Assembly: GCF_006345805.1 (NCBI RefSeq)
Contig: NC_043006.1
Span: forward strand, 95,852,001 to 95,916,000
Source: Octopus sinensis
Lineage: Eukaryota
DNA length: 64,000 nt
Reading direction: 5' to 3'
The translations under genes and the position numbers were made by a program. Of this stretch, positions 41,373 through 54,653 are shown in pieces (position 1 is the first letter of the stretch; each line of letters starts with the position of its first letter). Under the pieces are notes generated by a model, which worked only from the letters and a program-made list of their open reading frames with translations, was not told where the DNA came from and searched no databases.

Positions 41373-41779
41373 TCTGTTTCAACATACGATTTCACATCAA
41401 ACATCTTGCAAAATAAATATATATACCTGCATTATTCTGAGAAATCATCTGTAATTCTGCAGTTAAGTCGACCTTACTCAACCAGCCTCTGATCGAATAT
41501 TTCAAGCTGTCTCCTCGTGGCTTCATCATCTATCATTTTGTTATGATATATAACTTTTATCGCAGTGATATCTAGGTGTTATTTCTACCAATTCAAGCAA
41601 CTGTGTAGATATTCCATCATTAGGTCCTCCTTCTCTATTGCTTGCTATAATATTTTTTCTAGCTGTTTTTGCTGTTCCATTTTAGGTCACCATTGACCAA
41701 ATAAGGCTATTCTACCAATGACGCTCTATTTATATTGTCCTGTTTTACGAAGCTTGAACATAATTTGAATAAATACTTT

Positions 41780-41985
41780 GGCAGAGTCAAAACTATTGAA
41801 AAGGCCGCAAGACGCAACGAAAATTTTAGGAAAACAAAAATAAGAAAAAAGTGGAAATTTTACCGGTGAGTGTGTTACATTATAGGGCACAAAAAGAAAA
41901 TGACTCTCCCCAGACACAACAGAATATGCTTCAACATACGAACTCATATAAAGAATCTTGTAAACCAAAGCCAAAAACGAAATTT
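41780..41985 (+). mobile_element. Solo pseudo-LTR of the 22735-24140 PLE family
   Basis: Roughly 90 percent similar by eye to 23940-24138. Confidence 0.85.
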
Positions 41986-42062
41986 GAATAGTTTCCTTCT
42001 ATTTCTAACACCTCTAGCAACCGTATAGAAAATCTGTTATTGGCTCTGCTGTATATGTGCAG

Positions 42063-42270
42063 GGTCTGGAGGTTGCCACAGACTTCGTAGTTGCTGTTTC
42101 TCTGCATTCACTGAATCATGGTATTTTGCAACCCATAATATCTTTTGGAGCTGATGAGGCTGAAGCAACCGTATTGATACTTACCCCTCTGGCACCACGC
42201 CAGGCAGCGACCGCAGCAGAAATAAACAGGCTTAACTCGGGAAATATTATTAGTGCAACCATTGTTTCAG
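42063..42270 (+). CDS. Candidate internal coding exon of an unidentified host gene
   Basis: TGCAG|G acceptor, CAG|GTAAAT donor, single open plus frame GLEVATDFVVAVSLHS...ISATIVS; non-repetitive; no homology recognised. Confidence 0.35.
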
Positions 42271-42429
42271 GTAAATATTGTTTCTTGACCATTATTTCAG
42301 GTTAATATGTCCAATTTTGTAGCAGCTAATCTCGTATATTTCGGTATTCATTTGAATCTTTTACGTTTGTCAGACCTGCCTGGGAGGATACGGTTTTTTA
42401 AAGATGTTGTGTAGATCCACCTAGAGTCA

Positions 42430-42640
42430 GTGATTAACGTATTCGGCCCACAATCATAAGTGCGTAGGTTCGATTCACAGCTGTGCTTTGTGTTCTTCAG
42501 CAAAACACTTTATTTCACTTTGTACCAGTCCACTCAGCTGGCAAAAGAGAGTTGTATTTATCGCACTCTGTGCCATGCTGAATCTCATTAGGAACTACAT
42601 TATCGGTAAGCTTGTCCGTGTAATGCTCAACCACTTCTAC
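42430..42640 (+). mobile_element. Diverged SINE family C
   Basis: GGTTCGATTC B-box-like, TGTGTTCTTCAGCAAAACACTTTATTTCAC, tail similar to 9800-9870. Confidence 0.5.
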
Positions 42641-45600
42641 GTCATTATTTTTGTTTCATTGTATTGGTAGCTTCCATTCGGCCGAAGATTCTACGCCACA
42701 TATAATAACAAAATATGCTATTTTCTGGTCTCTATATTTTATATTGAGATTACGATCCATGCAAGTCTGGCATAATCTCAAGCTGATCCAATGGATTATT
42801 TGTACAGCATTATTGTTTGTTTCTATTGGTAAAATGTCGTAATTCTCTATCGGTGTTAGGCATTTGTTATTGAATGTCGTGGTCGCTTCTATTCGACGTC
42901 CTCTGGGGTTCCTGCTCAGACGGCAGACAGGGTTGGAATTGGCAGGTGTTGTTTTTAAACTTGTTGTTTTGAAGTTAGGTTTCTTCAGATTTCACGAAGA
43001 TTGGAATAGATGTACCGCATTAAATGATGAGAGGGTGCGTGCGTTTTGAAAGGGTAATCGTATAGGGGTGGGGTATGAGACGTTCTGTTACAGTCCTTTC
43101 GGCCCCCAGCTGTTTCCAGTCGCTGAACCGACATTGAAGTATTTGATATCGGACGTTTTAATGTTTCTTTTTCTCTCTCTTTCTCTTTCTCCTTCTCTCT
43201 CTCTCTCTCTCTCCTCAAACACACTTTCTTCCTCTGTTTTTCTGTGCATTCGTCTCACTCTCTGTCTCTCTAAGCGTCTTCTCTCTGTTTTTCTACCTGT
43301 CTTTCTGTCTCTCTCTTTCTTTCTTTTTTTCTTTCTTTCTCTCTCTGTCTATCTGTGTTTCTTTCTCCCCTCTCTTCCACTCTTTCTTTGTCTCTCTCTC
43401 TCTCCCTCTCTCTCTCTCTCTCGCTCTCTCTCTGCCTTTTCCTTTCTCTCTCTCATTATGTATGCAGGCATCTAATTACACCTGAGTATCTGCGTAATAC
43501 CTCTCTCTTCCACTCCGTCTCCCTGCTTTTGTGTGTATGCCTATAAACCTGTGTGCGCTCATTCATGAATGAGCGCACGCAGGTTTATAGGCATACGTAT
43601 GTGTGTGTCTGTATGTTTTTCTCTGGTGCCAAAAAGTTCTGTCGCTCAAACAGCTTGAATGTCCAGTCAGTGGAGTCAAACCATTAACATGCAAACAGCT
43701 GTGCCTCGTGGTCCCATTCCGTGTGTGGATGTAAATAGAAAATAGAGGCTGAGAATACAACATAACTTTGGAGACACGGGACATAATTTATTAACCAGAG
43801 TTTTATGCTATTTAAAGAAACGTATTGAGAACGCATGAAAGGACAGCGATGAATGGAATCGGTAAATTTACTAATATCGATTATAGACGTAATGGTGTTT
43901 CTGCTGTTGTGTATTTGTTTGTTTATCTATTTGCTAAAGTCGTGGGGTATTATTTTGGTAAGTTGTGATGGTGAGAAATTGATAGAATCGTCAGAGCATC
44001 GGTATTAGTTCTGTGTCATTAAGTTCTGGGTTCGCATCCCATCCTGCTCAACTTTGCCTTTCAGTCTTCCAGACTGAATTAAATAATTAGAATCCGAGGA
44101 TCGATACAATCGACTTTTCTCTCCCTGCAAAGGTGGGAATCCGAGACTATATTTAGAAATGAATATTTCTTGATAACCTGTGTTATTTCTAGCAAGTTAT
44201 CCGGCTATGGAAGGTCATCGTCGATGCTTGTTGTAAAATGTTGTTAATCTTCTGGTTCCTTCCATCGTAGCTTTTTCTTTCTCACGCCAGCCGAAACCGA
44301 CCAGTTGCTCGACATTATCCAACATGTTCACTTCTAAGATGGTTGTGGGATCTGAGAGATCTGGTTGCTATTTCTAGTCTATCATGCGGTCCCTGTTTTG
44401 GTTGTTAAGTAGACTCATATCACCGCACGTCAGTCGAACCTATGATCTTAGACATTTCATTTATATCAATCCCATCTTTTTACCCTATGTGCAGGCAATA
44501 ATGATTACTGTATCCAATTTATCTTTTATTAGAACGTTAGAGAGTGATATGAGGGAGATTTAGATGCTATTTCAAGCTAATCGAACATCCACATGTGTCT
44601 CGTTGTTGTTGAGACTGGTGAGGTTTAACTGTTATTTCTAGCCAAAAGAGCGACCAGATCTTATTGTTGATATAGTCGTCGTTTAGCCTTAGGGAAGCCA
44701 TGATCGAACACATCAGTAATCAAGGACATTCCATTTGTGACAATCCTATCTTTTTTCTATTCTGCATGATCCAAAGATCACATTATTCAACGTGTCCTTT
44801 ACCAGGATGCTATGACATATTTAGCTGCTATTTCTAACTGATCGAGCAGTCCCGTAAAGTGTGCTGCTGCTGTTGTTGTCGAGGCCAGTGAGTCTGGAGC
44901 TGCTAGGATTAAATGTTATGTCGCATAGCAGGCATTATATTATATTCAGTTCTGAGTAACAATCTCCTTAAAGCATTTGCCTTTTTTTCCACAGTTCGGA
45001 CATAGAGAAATAATCAATAATACTAATATACTTTGATCAGAGTAATATCACGGCGAAATAACAAGTTAATATTGTTATCCAAATAACTATGGCTATGTAA
45101 TAACTTGTTTATCAATTGTGTTCAAAGCTTCGAATCTTTGACAACCACACAATTCATCATGCAAGCCGTTTTACTGTTCAGATAAACATGTCTATTTGAA
45201 ATGAAAACACTAAGGAGAAAGCTTTTACGTGGTCGCTCGATCTGTTACAAATAGTAGCCAAATCCTAACCTACCCCGACCCACTTCTAATCCAACCTTAT
45301 CTTATTAAAAGAATGAAAAAAGGCAAAACAAAAAAACTAAAGACATGAAAAAAGGCATTATTCATGAAAGCAGCAATGGTGGCGACGACTAGAAGTCGTT
45401 TGATCACGAGAGTGCTCGATCAGGGTTGATGTGGTTTTTATACAACAATAGCGACGAAAGGCTGGTTCGTAATCATTATTTTGCCTACGGACATCTTTGG
45501 TTCCTATTTTATTCGAGAGGACCCCCATAGTTATTGGACACTAAATAACAAGCCATTATATTTTCAGAATTAAATATTGTAAGGAAATGCAGAAAAATAA

Positions 45601-45809
45601 CTTAAGATATTCGAAGTAATTTATTCCACATAAATTCCAGCCAAGAAATCTTATATGGGCCCCCAAATGTCATATGGACCCAGTTTTGAAATGATGATGA
45701 GGAGGGTTGTTGCTGACGGGTGGATGGGAGTATTCTAGGTGTATCCAGTCACTAGTAATACATTAGAAGATTGCCAAATGCAACTGATGAAAGAACAAAA
45801 TATCGTCTA

Positions 45810-46020
45810 TTTTCTATCGTGTTTCAGTCATTGAACTGCGACCAAGCTGGGGCAGAACCTTGAAGGGCCTTAATCGAACAGATCGACACCACTAATTGAT
45901 TTTGAAGTCTAGTACCTATCTTATCGGTGACTGGGCCGAATTGCTACCTTAAGGCGATGTCGACAAACCAACACCGGTTGTCAAAGCGGCGGTGGAGGAA
46001 GACACACAAAAATATACACA
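45810..46020 (-). mobile_element. SINE family A tail
   Basis: TTTCAGTCATTGAACTGCGACC...CCGGTTGTCAA. Confidence 0.65.
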
Positions 46021-46034
46021 CAAAAAGTGAAAAA

Positions 46035-46075
46035 GTCTTTAACGTTTCGAGCCTAAACACTTCTTCAGAAAAGAC
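46035..46075 (-). ncRNA. Hammerhead relic
   Basis: GTCTTTT-CTGAAGA-A-GTGTTTAGGCTC-GAAACGTT-AAAGAC; stem II decayed. Confidence 0.5.
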
Positions 46076-46124
46076 ACAGAAAGAAACAATGACAGAAAAT
46101 AAGGAATGTGTAGTGACTAAATTT

Positions 46125-47090
46125 TGGAATTTATTGCTTTTTTGAATTTTGGAATCTATTTTTTTCGAGAATTCTATTTTTGAATCATTTTGGAATCTTT
46201 TTTTTTCTAGTTAATTTTAGTTAATTTTTGTTCATTTTCAGATCATTAAAAAGAAATGTCAAGTTAAGAAAAACGGACATTTTCGACACCTCCCTATTTT
46301 TGCTTTTAATCAAGGTTCTAAGGCCGCAAGAGCTGCTCGCGACATTTGTGCTCTGTATGAGGAGGGTGCCATAGTTTAAAGAACCGCTCGTGATTGGTAT
46401 GCCAAATTCAAAAATGGAAGTTTTGAACTCAAAGTCGCACCCCCTTCTGGCCGTCCAGTTGAGTACAATGAAGAGCGATTAAACCAACTTTTGCATGAAA
46501 ATTCTCGTCAAACGACAAGAAAATAGGCAGAGAAAATAGAATGCTATCACACTGCTATAGAGAAGCCTCTTTACTCGATGGGAAAGTTTCAGAAGTATGG
46601 AGCATGGGTTCCACGTGCTTTAAGTGACAACTACAAAAATCAACGAGCCACAATCTCCACTGGTTTGCTAGCTCATCACCGTTCAACTCATGGACACAAG
46701 CAACGATTTCTTTACCGAATCGTTACTGGCGACGAAAAATGATGCCTGTACATCATTATGAAGCTGCGTAAGGAATGGCTTAGCCCCGATAAACAAGCGA
46801 CACCACGCGTGAAACAAAATCATCCGCGTAAAAATGTTGTGCGTAAGGTGCGACTGAGAAGGGATTATCCATTACGAATTGCTTGAACAGAACCAAACGG
46901 TCAACGCGGGACTCTATGTCCCTCAGATAGAACGACTAAACACGGCTATTGAAGAGAAAAGACCTAATTGGCAGCATGGAGTTCTTCTGCGGCACGACAA
47001 CGCCCGCCCTCATGTCCATCAACCGTACTCTCCTGATTTGGTACCAACGGATTTCCACCTCTTTCGATCTCTTTTAAATGCTATGCGCGG
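46125..47090 (+). mobile_element. Decayed mariner, same family as 55992-57241
   Basis: RIVTGDEK, HDNARPH, YSPDLVPTDFHLFRSL; 3' end replaced by a SINE tail. Confidence 0.85.
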
Positions 47091-47099
47091 AGTGTGTGT

Positions 47100-47315
47100 C
47101 TGTGCGAATCTCCCCACGAGCACTACCATCGCTTGACAACTGATGTTGGTGTGTTTGCATCTCTATAACCTAGCGATTCGACAAAACAGAACGATGGACT
47201 AAGTGCTAGGCTTACAAAAGAATAGGTCCGGGGGCGATTGGCTCGACTAACGGTGGCACTCCAGCATGGCCACAGTCAAATGACTGAAACGTGTAAAAGA
47301 ATAAAAGAATAAAGG
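47100..47315 (+). mobile_element. SINE family A tail
   Basis: CGCTTGACAACTGATG...GACTGAAACGTGTAAAAGAATAAAAGAAT. Confidence 0.75.
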
Positions 47316-47741
47316 AATATATAAGTGCATTTGAATTGAATAAGATGCAGTTGGAATTTCAAGGAAAATAGCTTTTCTTTTTTGTTTAACATGAGAATAA
47401 TCAGAAAGCATGCATATTAAAAATACAGGGATATGAAACAGCTGTCATGTTATAGTAAGTATATCGATGAGACACTGACAAAATTAAAAACAATATCTAC
47501 GTTATATTCACCAAGAAAATGGAGAAAATAATACGATTGTGATATCTTAAAGAGAATGCCAAATGTATGGAAGTAATTTTATGTTTCTACTTATCTTGTA
47601 TATTTTCCAAAAGACCAGTAAACGATCTGAGAGAAAAAAATTCATGTTTACCAATGTTATACAGAATTTAGAACACACCCTGCAAAACCTAGAGGAGCAC
47701 AGAATTAGTTTTTGGTAATCATTTTGTCTTGTTGTTCTTCA

Positions 47742-47968
47742 AGTTTGGCTGTGTAGTAAGAACTTTACTTCTCAACCACACGGTTCCGGGTTCAGTCCCA
47801 CTGCGTAGAACTTTGGGCACGTGTTTTCTATTATAGCCCCTGTGTCCGGAATCGTTCGAGGGAAACTGAAACAAGATCGTCGTATATATCGTCCTGAGGT
47901 CGATCTTCAAGGTGTTGCACCAGCATGGTCGCAGTCTAATGACTGAAACAAATAAAAGATAAAATAAA
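47742..47968 (+). mobile_element. SINE family A with internal deletion
   Basis: Head joined directly to the distal tail. Confidence 0.7.
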
Positions 47969-48294
47969 GCAGTTACCGGAACAAGAATATACTAGTACCA
48001 AAAACCAAATATGAAAATAATGGAAATTTTGGTTTAAGAATCAAATATAGAGACGTGTAAATATCCAAATGCCGCCGCATAAAAGTTTTGATTTAACCGT
48101 CCTCCCATATTTTGATAGTTGATGGCTGACGGGCCATGGATTCACATAGTTTCCAATGTCTTTCAGCGTCACCCTTGTGTTTGTTTGCCCTGGGGTAATA
48201 CATTTGATTATACTAGAGCCCATGTGTATGGGTTGATCTTTCTCCCTCTCTGTTTCTCTCTATCTATCTTTCTCTGTATATTTTTTATATCTTA

Positions 48295-48500
48295 TCTCTT
48301 ACTTGTTTCACTTATTAGATTGTGGCCATGCTGGGGCAACGTCTGGAAGAAATTTAGTCGATCGAATGGAGCCCAGTATTTCTTTTTAAAGCTTGGTACT
48401 TTTCTATCGGTCACTTTAATTGGACTGCTAGGTTATGAGAACGTAAACACAACACCGGCTGTCAAATGGATGTTATGAACTAAAACACGCACAAAGACAC
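48295..48500 (-). mobile_element. SINE family A tail
   Basis: Reverse-complement similarity to other tails. Confidence 0.6.
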
Positions 48501-48516
48501 ACACACATACATGTTA

Positions 48517-49430
48517 TATTGGGTCATCCCATAATTAACAACATTTTTTCAATTGTATGAACCAAAAGTCAGAGGGGAACAGGATAAACCACTTGCATCA
48601 ACTTCCAATAAAAGCAGGGACCAATTTTACCTTGTATTTATTCTTAGTGCAAGTTTCGAAGAGTGCAGTTCCATCTTAACAGTTATTTTTTCAAAGCTAT
48701 AATGGAAGTAACAGAGGAGTATATTCGGCATATTTTGCTTTATGAGTTCAATAAAGGCAACAACGCAACGGAAAGTGCGAGGAATATTAATGCAGTATAT
48801 GGGGATCGGACAATAAGCGTAAGACAGTGTCAACAGTGGTTTCAGAAATTCCGATCCGGAAACTACAGACAAGAAGACGAGCCTGGAGGATATGTAGAGC
48901 TCCACGAAGAAGTCCTGCAGGCCCTGGTGGAACAAAATCCCATCGTAACTGTTGAGGAACCAGCAGAAAAGCATGGATTTGGTCATTCAACCGGTCACTG
49001 AAGTCAGCGCTAGAAGAAAAACGACCACCTTTGGTTTCAAGACGAAAGATGTTCTTCCATCAAAATAATGCTCGGCCATATACAACGAGAATGATAATCC
49101 TAAGGCTGGAGCAATTTTGAAGGTGAAACGATGCACCGGTCACTATATTCGCCTGACATTGCCCCATCTCTTTATCATTTATTCAGCAATCTTCAAAATC
49201 GCTTAGACAGAAAAAAATATGAAGTCTGTAGACGAATACCAAACAGGAAGAGTATTTTTCGTCACGGACAAGTGACTTTTGGAAGAGGAACCTTGCAAGT
49301 CTACCAGATAGTTGGACGAGCATTGTAGAAAAGGAAGAGCTTATTTTAGTTTAAAAGAGAATGTTGTTTATTTTAATTTTGAAAAATAAAAGTATAACAA
49401 CTCGCATTATTTATGGGATGACCCAATATC
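48517..49430 (+). mobile_element. Internally deleted mariner with TIRs
   Basis: TIRs TATTGGGTCATCCCATAA / TTATGGGATGACCCAATA; MEVTEEYIRHILLYEFNKGNNA..WFQKFRSG; YSPDIAPS. Confidence 0.9.
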
Positions 49431-49444
49431 TACATAAATACATA

Positions 49445-49493
<49 letters not shown>

Positions 49494-49540
49494 GCACACA
49501 CACATATACATATATATATATATATGTATATATATATATT

Positions 49541-49925
49541 ATATAAAAGGGCTTAGTAAAATAAATTACTTTGCCGCATACTGAACTCATTAGAAATAGC
49601 AGCTAAAAAACTTTTTTAAGGCTATTTCTAATACTTAAAGAAAATCTCTCTCATATATAGTGTTTGCTTAATTCAACTCACAAAAGTTGTGAGTTGAATT
49701 AAGCAAACACTATATATGAGAGAGATTTTCTTTAAGTATTAGAAATAGCCTTAAAAAAGTTTTTTAGCTGCTATTTCTAATGAGTTCAGTATGCGGCAAA
49801 GTAATTTATTTTACTAAGCCCTTTTATATATGTAATAATTTGAATTCGCCTTGAATGGTCCCTTTGCATACTGAACACTTGGTGAAATTGATTAATAATT
49901 AATTAATTTTGCCCTCAATTGTTGA
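49541..49925. mobile_element. Palindromic partial copy of the 546-bp satellite monomer inserted in (TA)n
   Basis: 143-bp arms 49541-49683 and 49687-49829, 3-nt loop, right arm extends ~95 bp. Confidence 0.9.
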
Positions 49926-49926
49926 A

Positions 49927-49987
<61 letters not shown>

Positions 49988-50251
49988 ACATACAAATTAA
50001 GAGGAATGGTGTGTTCTGAAGAAAATTTCAGCATATTTTTTATATTCTGGCGTTTGCTGTAATTTTTCTTGAGAACAGTCTTCGTGGTAAGACGATTTTA
50101 CGTCTATCTTTAGCATATTAGGAATACAATTTGGTGGATTTATATGTAATATAATTTTTAATCTTCGGATTTATTAAATATGATAAGCCACTGGTTTTAA
50201 TTGATTAATATCAATTTCTACCCTCATAATTTAATTTATATATTTAATTTA

Positions 50252-50285
<34 letters not shown>

Positions 50286-50345
50286 ATGTCTGTGTGTGTG
50301 TGTCTGTGTCTGTGTGTGTGTGTGTATGCGTGTGTGCATATATAT

Positions 50346-50415
<70 letters not shown>

Positions 50416-50424
50416 TTTTCAGAA

Positions 50425-50635
50425 TGTGACCTCGTGTGTACCGTTGGCGATTTTTTTTCCTCTGTCTTCCCTTCTCTGGATCTTTCCTTCTCCTATGTTT
50501 CCGACAAAGAGCTCCGCTCGAAACGTTAAACGCTCCTTCTCTCCTTCTTTCCTGAGCGCCCAATAATACTATATTTGTTCCACGTCCTTGCATTGTTGTG
50601 TTTTTTTGTGCTTTCTTGTTTGGATTAACTTTATA
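50425..50635 (+). mobile_element. Pseudo-LTR-like repeat with dead hammerhead (50496-50532)
   Basis: GTTT-CCGACAA-A-GAGC(TCC)GCTC-GAAACGTT-AAAC; same family as 392-725. Confidence 0.65.
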
Positions 50636-50663
50636 TACACATATACATACGTACATATACACA

Positions 50664-50830
50664 TATTCGTTTCTTTCAGTTTCCGTCTACCAAATCCACC
50701 GATTTGGCTTTAGTCAGCTCGAGGCAATAGTAGAATCTTCTTGCCTAAGGTGCCACGCAGTGGGACTGAACCCAAAGCGAATGGTTTACCAGGAATGGTC
50801 TTACCGCACACCCACAAACGCGCCTGCATT
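50664..50830 (-). mobile_element. SINE family A head
   Basis: TTTCAGTTTCCGTCTACCAAATCCAC...GCCACGCAGTGGGACTGAACCC. Confidence 0.75.
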
Positions 50831-51186
50831 GCTAATGTATTATTAATGTTTACGATGGACTTTTTTCACTTTCGCAATTTTCTTTCCATGTTGTCGTTCT
50901 TGTTGTTGCTGCTGTAGATGTCGGTTTTGCAAGTTGCAGTGGTAGAGGCGATGGTGATGGGGATTCTGGCCGTGCTGATGATGGCGGTAGGGTGGGGGCG
51001 ATAGAGGCAGATTTTAAATTCAGACGAAAGTGTCTATCTTTATGTAGTGTGTCTATGTGAATGTCTGTGTGCATGTGTCTGTGTGTGTGTGCGGATAGAT
51101 ATTCGCATGTGCTAATTTGCATAAAGGCACACAGAGACATGAATATATGCATATAGAGACATATAAGTATGCGTATACACACACAC

Positions 51187-51217
<31 letters not shown>

Positions 51218-52137
51218 CATACACATATAAATATATATATATATACATATATTTACATATATATATATATATACATATATTTACATATATATATATATAT
51301 ATACACATAATATATACACGCACACACACACTCGCACACACACACGCATACAGCTGTATTCATGTTTTTTTCGCTCATTGAGTCGTGTACTCGTGTAAAT
51401 ATGCTAAAGTTAATTTGTATATGAATTTAATATATAAATATGTATTTGTCAGTGTGTGTGGCCGCGCATGCGCGCGAAAGTGCGTGCGTGTGTCTGTATG
51501 TATAATGCGTGTATCGTGTGTATATCTTTACAGATCTCTATTCAGCCGCAGACGGAATCAAATCTATACTTTAAATTAACAATATTCATTTATTTACTTT
51601 TTTTGCTTCTTTCTCTCGTCATATATTTGTTTATGTATTTGTTTTATATATTTATTTATTTATTTATTTCCGAATTCTTTGTTTACAATTTTTCACTGTT
51701 GAATGTTAGAGTGTAAGAAAGAAAAAAAAAGCGAAAGCACAAACAAAGGGAAAAACGATAGACAAAAAAATTAGAAATGAAATTTTGAAAGAAAAATAGA
51801 GATAATTATGATGTATAACGAAGGTCTTTAATTAGGAAATTAAAAATAAAATAAACTGCCTCTAATTACAAGGGAAAATAAAATGTTAAGTGAGAGGGAG
51901 ACGCTGATTGGTATTGAATAAAGACACAACATGAGTGTATGGATACGTGTGTGTATGCGTTGTGTATATATGCACGCGCGAATATATGCGTCTGTGTGTG
52001 TGTGTGTGTGTTGATTGTGTGGGTTTGTATATTGAAATAATGAAACGCGTTCAGTACGTGTGTTTGTTTATGGATGTGTGTTTGTTTAAACTATAGTTAT
52101 TCATAACCACACACATATATATATATATGTATATATA

Positions 52138-52168
<31 letters not shown>

Positions 52169-52298
52169 AGTATATATATTATGTATATATGTATATATGT
52201 ATATGTATATATGTATATATATATGTATATATAATATATATATGTTAATATATATATGCGTATATATGCATATATATACATACACAATCACGCGTATG

Positions 52299-52329
<31 letters not shown>

Positions 52330-52418
52330 GAATGCATACATACATATACTCAAATAGTTTTGCATTCAGGCACTCTTTTGTCTCTCTCTCCGTCTCTCTC
52401 TCTCTCTCTCTCTTTATA

Positions 52419-52472
<54 letters not shown>

Positions 52473-52658
52473 TCTTTTATTCACGCACACACACACACAC
52501 ACACACACTAACATATACATATATACACATATTCACCGATAGAAAGTTTATTTTTGTATTCAAAGTATATATATTCATACATAATTGTATGTGTGCGTGT
52601 AAGTATGTGTGCAGTCATATATGTGTGTGTGAATATAGTGTTGAAACTCATGTCTATG

Positions 52659-52698
<40 letters not shown>

Positions 52699-52821
52699 CA
52701 GACGCACCTACACTGTTATGCGCGCATTTGTGTGCGTTTTCGTCTGTGTGCGTATGATTATGATTCAGTGCCTGTGTGTGTGCCTCTGTGTGTGTGTTTG
52801 CCTGTGTCCGTGTGTGTATGT

Positions 52822-52870
<49 letters not shown>

Positions 52871-53551
52871 CGTGTGCCAGAAGAGAGCATGCGTATCGGG
52901 AAGATGTGTATGTTCTCCCGCTGTTCAATCATATATTTATGAAAAGACTGGACGACTAATAGCAGAGAGAAACATAAGACGCGTCTGAAGCAGATAATGA
53001 AAGAAAGGAGGGGGATAGATGGACAGGGCCATTGTTTGTAGGGGGGAAACCAAGGACGGGAACAAACTGAGAAATGCAAAAACTAAATTGAAATATATAT
53101 CTTGTAGTATATTTATAGATGTAATTATTTTTTCTTCTTTTTTCAATTAATGTTATTACGTACTCCACTAGCATCACCGTCTCTCACTAGCACCATCACC
53201 ACCACCACCACCATCACCACCGCCACCATCACAACCACCAAAAACAACAACATCACTACCAGCAACACCACCATTATGAAATTATTTGTATTGAGTGAGA
53301 GAGTAATGCATGCCATCAGCGTGACGGCGGAATACAAATATACGAAGCCTCATATACCCACCAATACATCCTCTCTTACAAGGGTACACTAGATGCACCC
53401 ATCTTAACCATATGTGTGCATCATAGTTACTTCATATCGAGATAAACAGCGCATTGTCTTGCAAATAGGGCTTGGTTAAGATTATTTTCAGGTCCCTGAA
53501 TAAAGCTTGTTTAAGGATGTATCATCATCATCACGTTTATTGTTATTATTA

Positions 53552-53623
<72 letters not shown>

Positions 53624-53800
53624 TAAGGCAGCGTGCTGGCAGAATCGTTGGCACGCCGAGCGAAATGCTTAGCGGTATTTCGTCCGTCTTCACGTTCTGT
53701 GAAGGTTCACTTTGTCTAGGTCCACTTTGCACTTCGTCCTTTCGGGGTCTATTAATTAAGTACTATATACGCACTGGAATCGATGGAATCGACTCAAACC
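53624..53800 (+). mobile_element. SINE family B following (ATT)n
   Basis: TAAGGCAGCGTGCTGGCAGAATCG...GAAATGCTTAGCGGTATTTCGTC. Confidence 0.8.
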
Positions 53801-53844
53801 GTTTCCCCATATCTTAGCGCTAGCGCTTCCAGCAGAAAGAATTA

Positions 53845-54572
53845 TTATTATTATTCTATGTTTGACTTTTGCTTTACATTTGCAGAAGCTGGCTCCAAGT
53901 CTCATCCAGAGACCTCAAGAGACAACAGGATGGAAGTTCATGTTGTGTTATGCCTAGGGTGCCATATATTTGATTTTTACTTAGTGTTGTACCAGTGAAT
54001 GCCTAAAAAACAATACGAAAATATGTTTGTTTTAAAACTTGAGATTACAAAGGAAGTATTTTGCGTAGGATATGAGCAGTTCCCATGAGCACTATCTTTT
54101 GAATTTCTACCATTTTGGGTTTACTGGTATCTTAGTTAGATAGCAATCAGCCCATTTTGCTATCATTCCCAGGGCACCTATGACAACAGATATTGTTTTA
54201 GTCTTCAGGTTCCACATTTTGCTGATTTCTATTTCAAGATCTTTATATTTGCTCAGTTTTTGGTAGGTCTTGACAGATACGTTTATATCGATTGGGAGAG
54301 TCATATCAATGAGGAGGCATGTTCTTTTTCTGAAGTCTTTCAATATGATGTCTGGCCTATTTACATCTATCTTTCTGTCAGTTTGAATGGTGAAGTTCCA
54401 GAGGAGTGAGATGTGGTCATTTTCAAGCACTGGGGGTGGTTTGTGTTCCCACCAGTTTTTTTCGTGGGGCAAATCCAGGTTTTTGCAAATTACCCAGTGA
54501 ATATATTGTGCAGCTCTACCATGCCTGTTGAGATACTCTGTAGGCGCTAGAAGATTGCACTTGGAGACAACA
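53845..54572 (-). mobile_element. 5'-truncated R4/Dong-like RLE non-LTR retrotransposon in an (ATT)n array
   Basis: NRPDIILKD..CLLIDM..KLSKYKDL..MWNLKT..VVIGALG (PD-(D/E)xK restriction-like endonuclease); (ATT)n on both flanks. Confidence 0.85.
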
Positions 54573-54608
54573 TTATTATTAGTATTATTATCATTATTAT
54601 TATTATTA

Positions 54609-54651
<43 letters not shown>

Positions 54652-54653
<2 letters not shown>

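Noticed and set aside
42063-42270. Calx-beta-like resemblance of the candidate exon, and WNK-like coiled-coil resemblance at ~21400-21450
   Set aside because: Only a few scattered residues match and key motifs are missing; no gene symbol assigned
42660-43000. ~110-codon stop-free frame on the minus strand
   Set aside because: No convincing start or splice sites and no recognisable domain; could arise by chance
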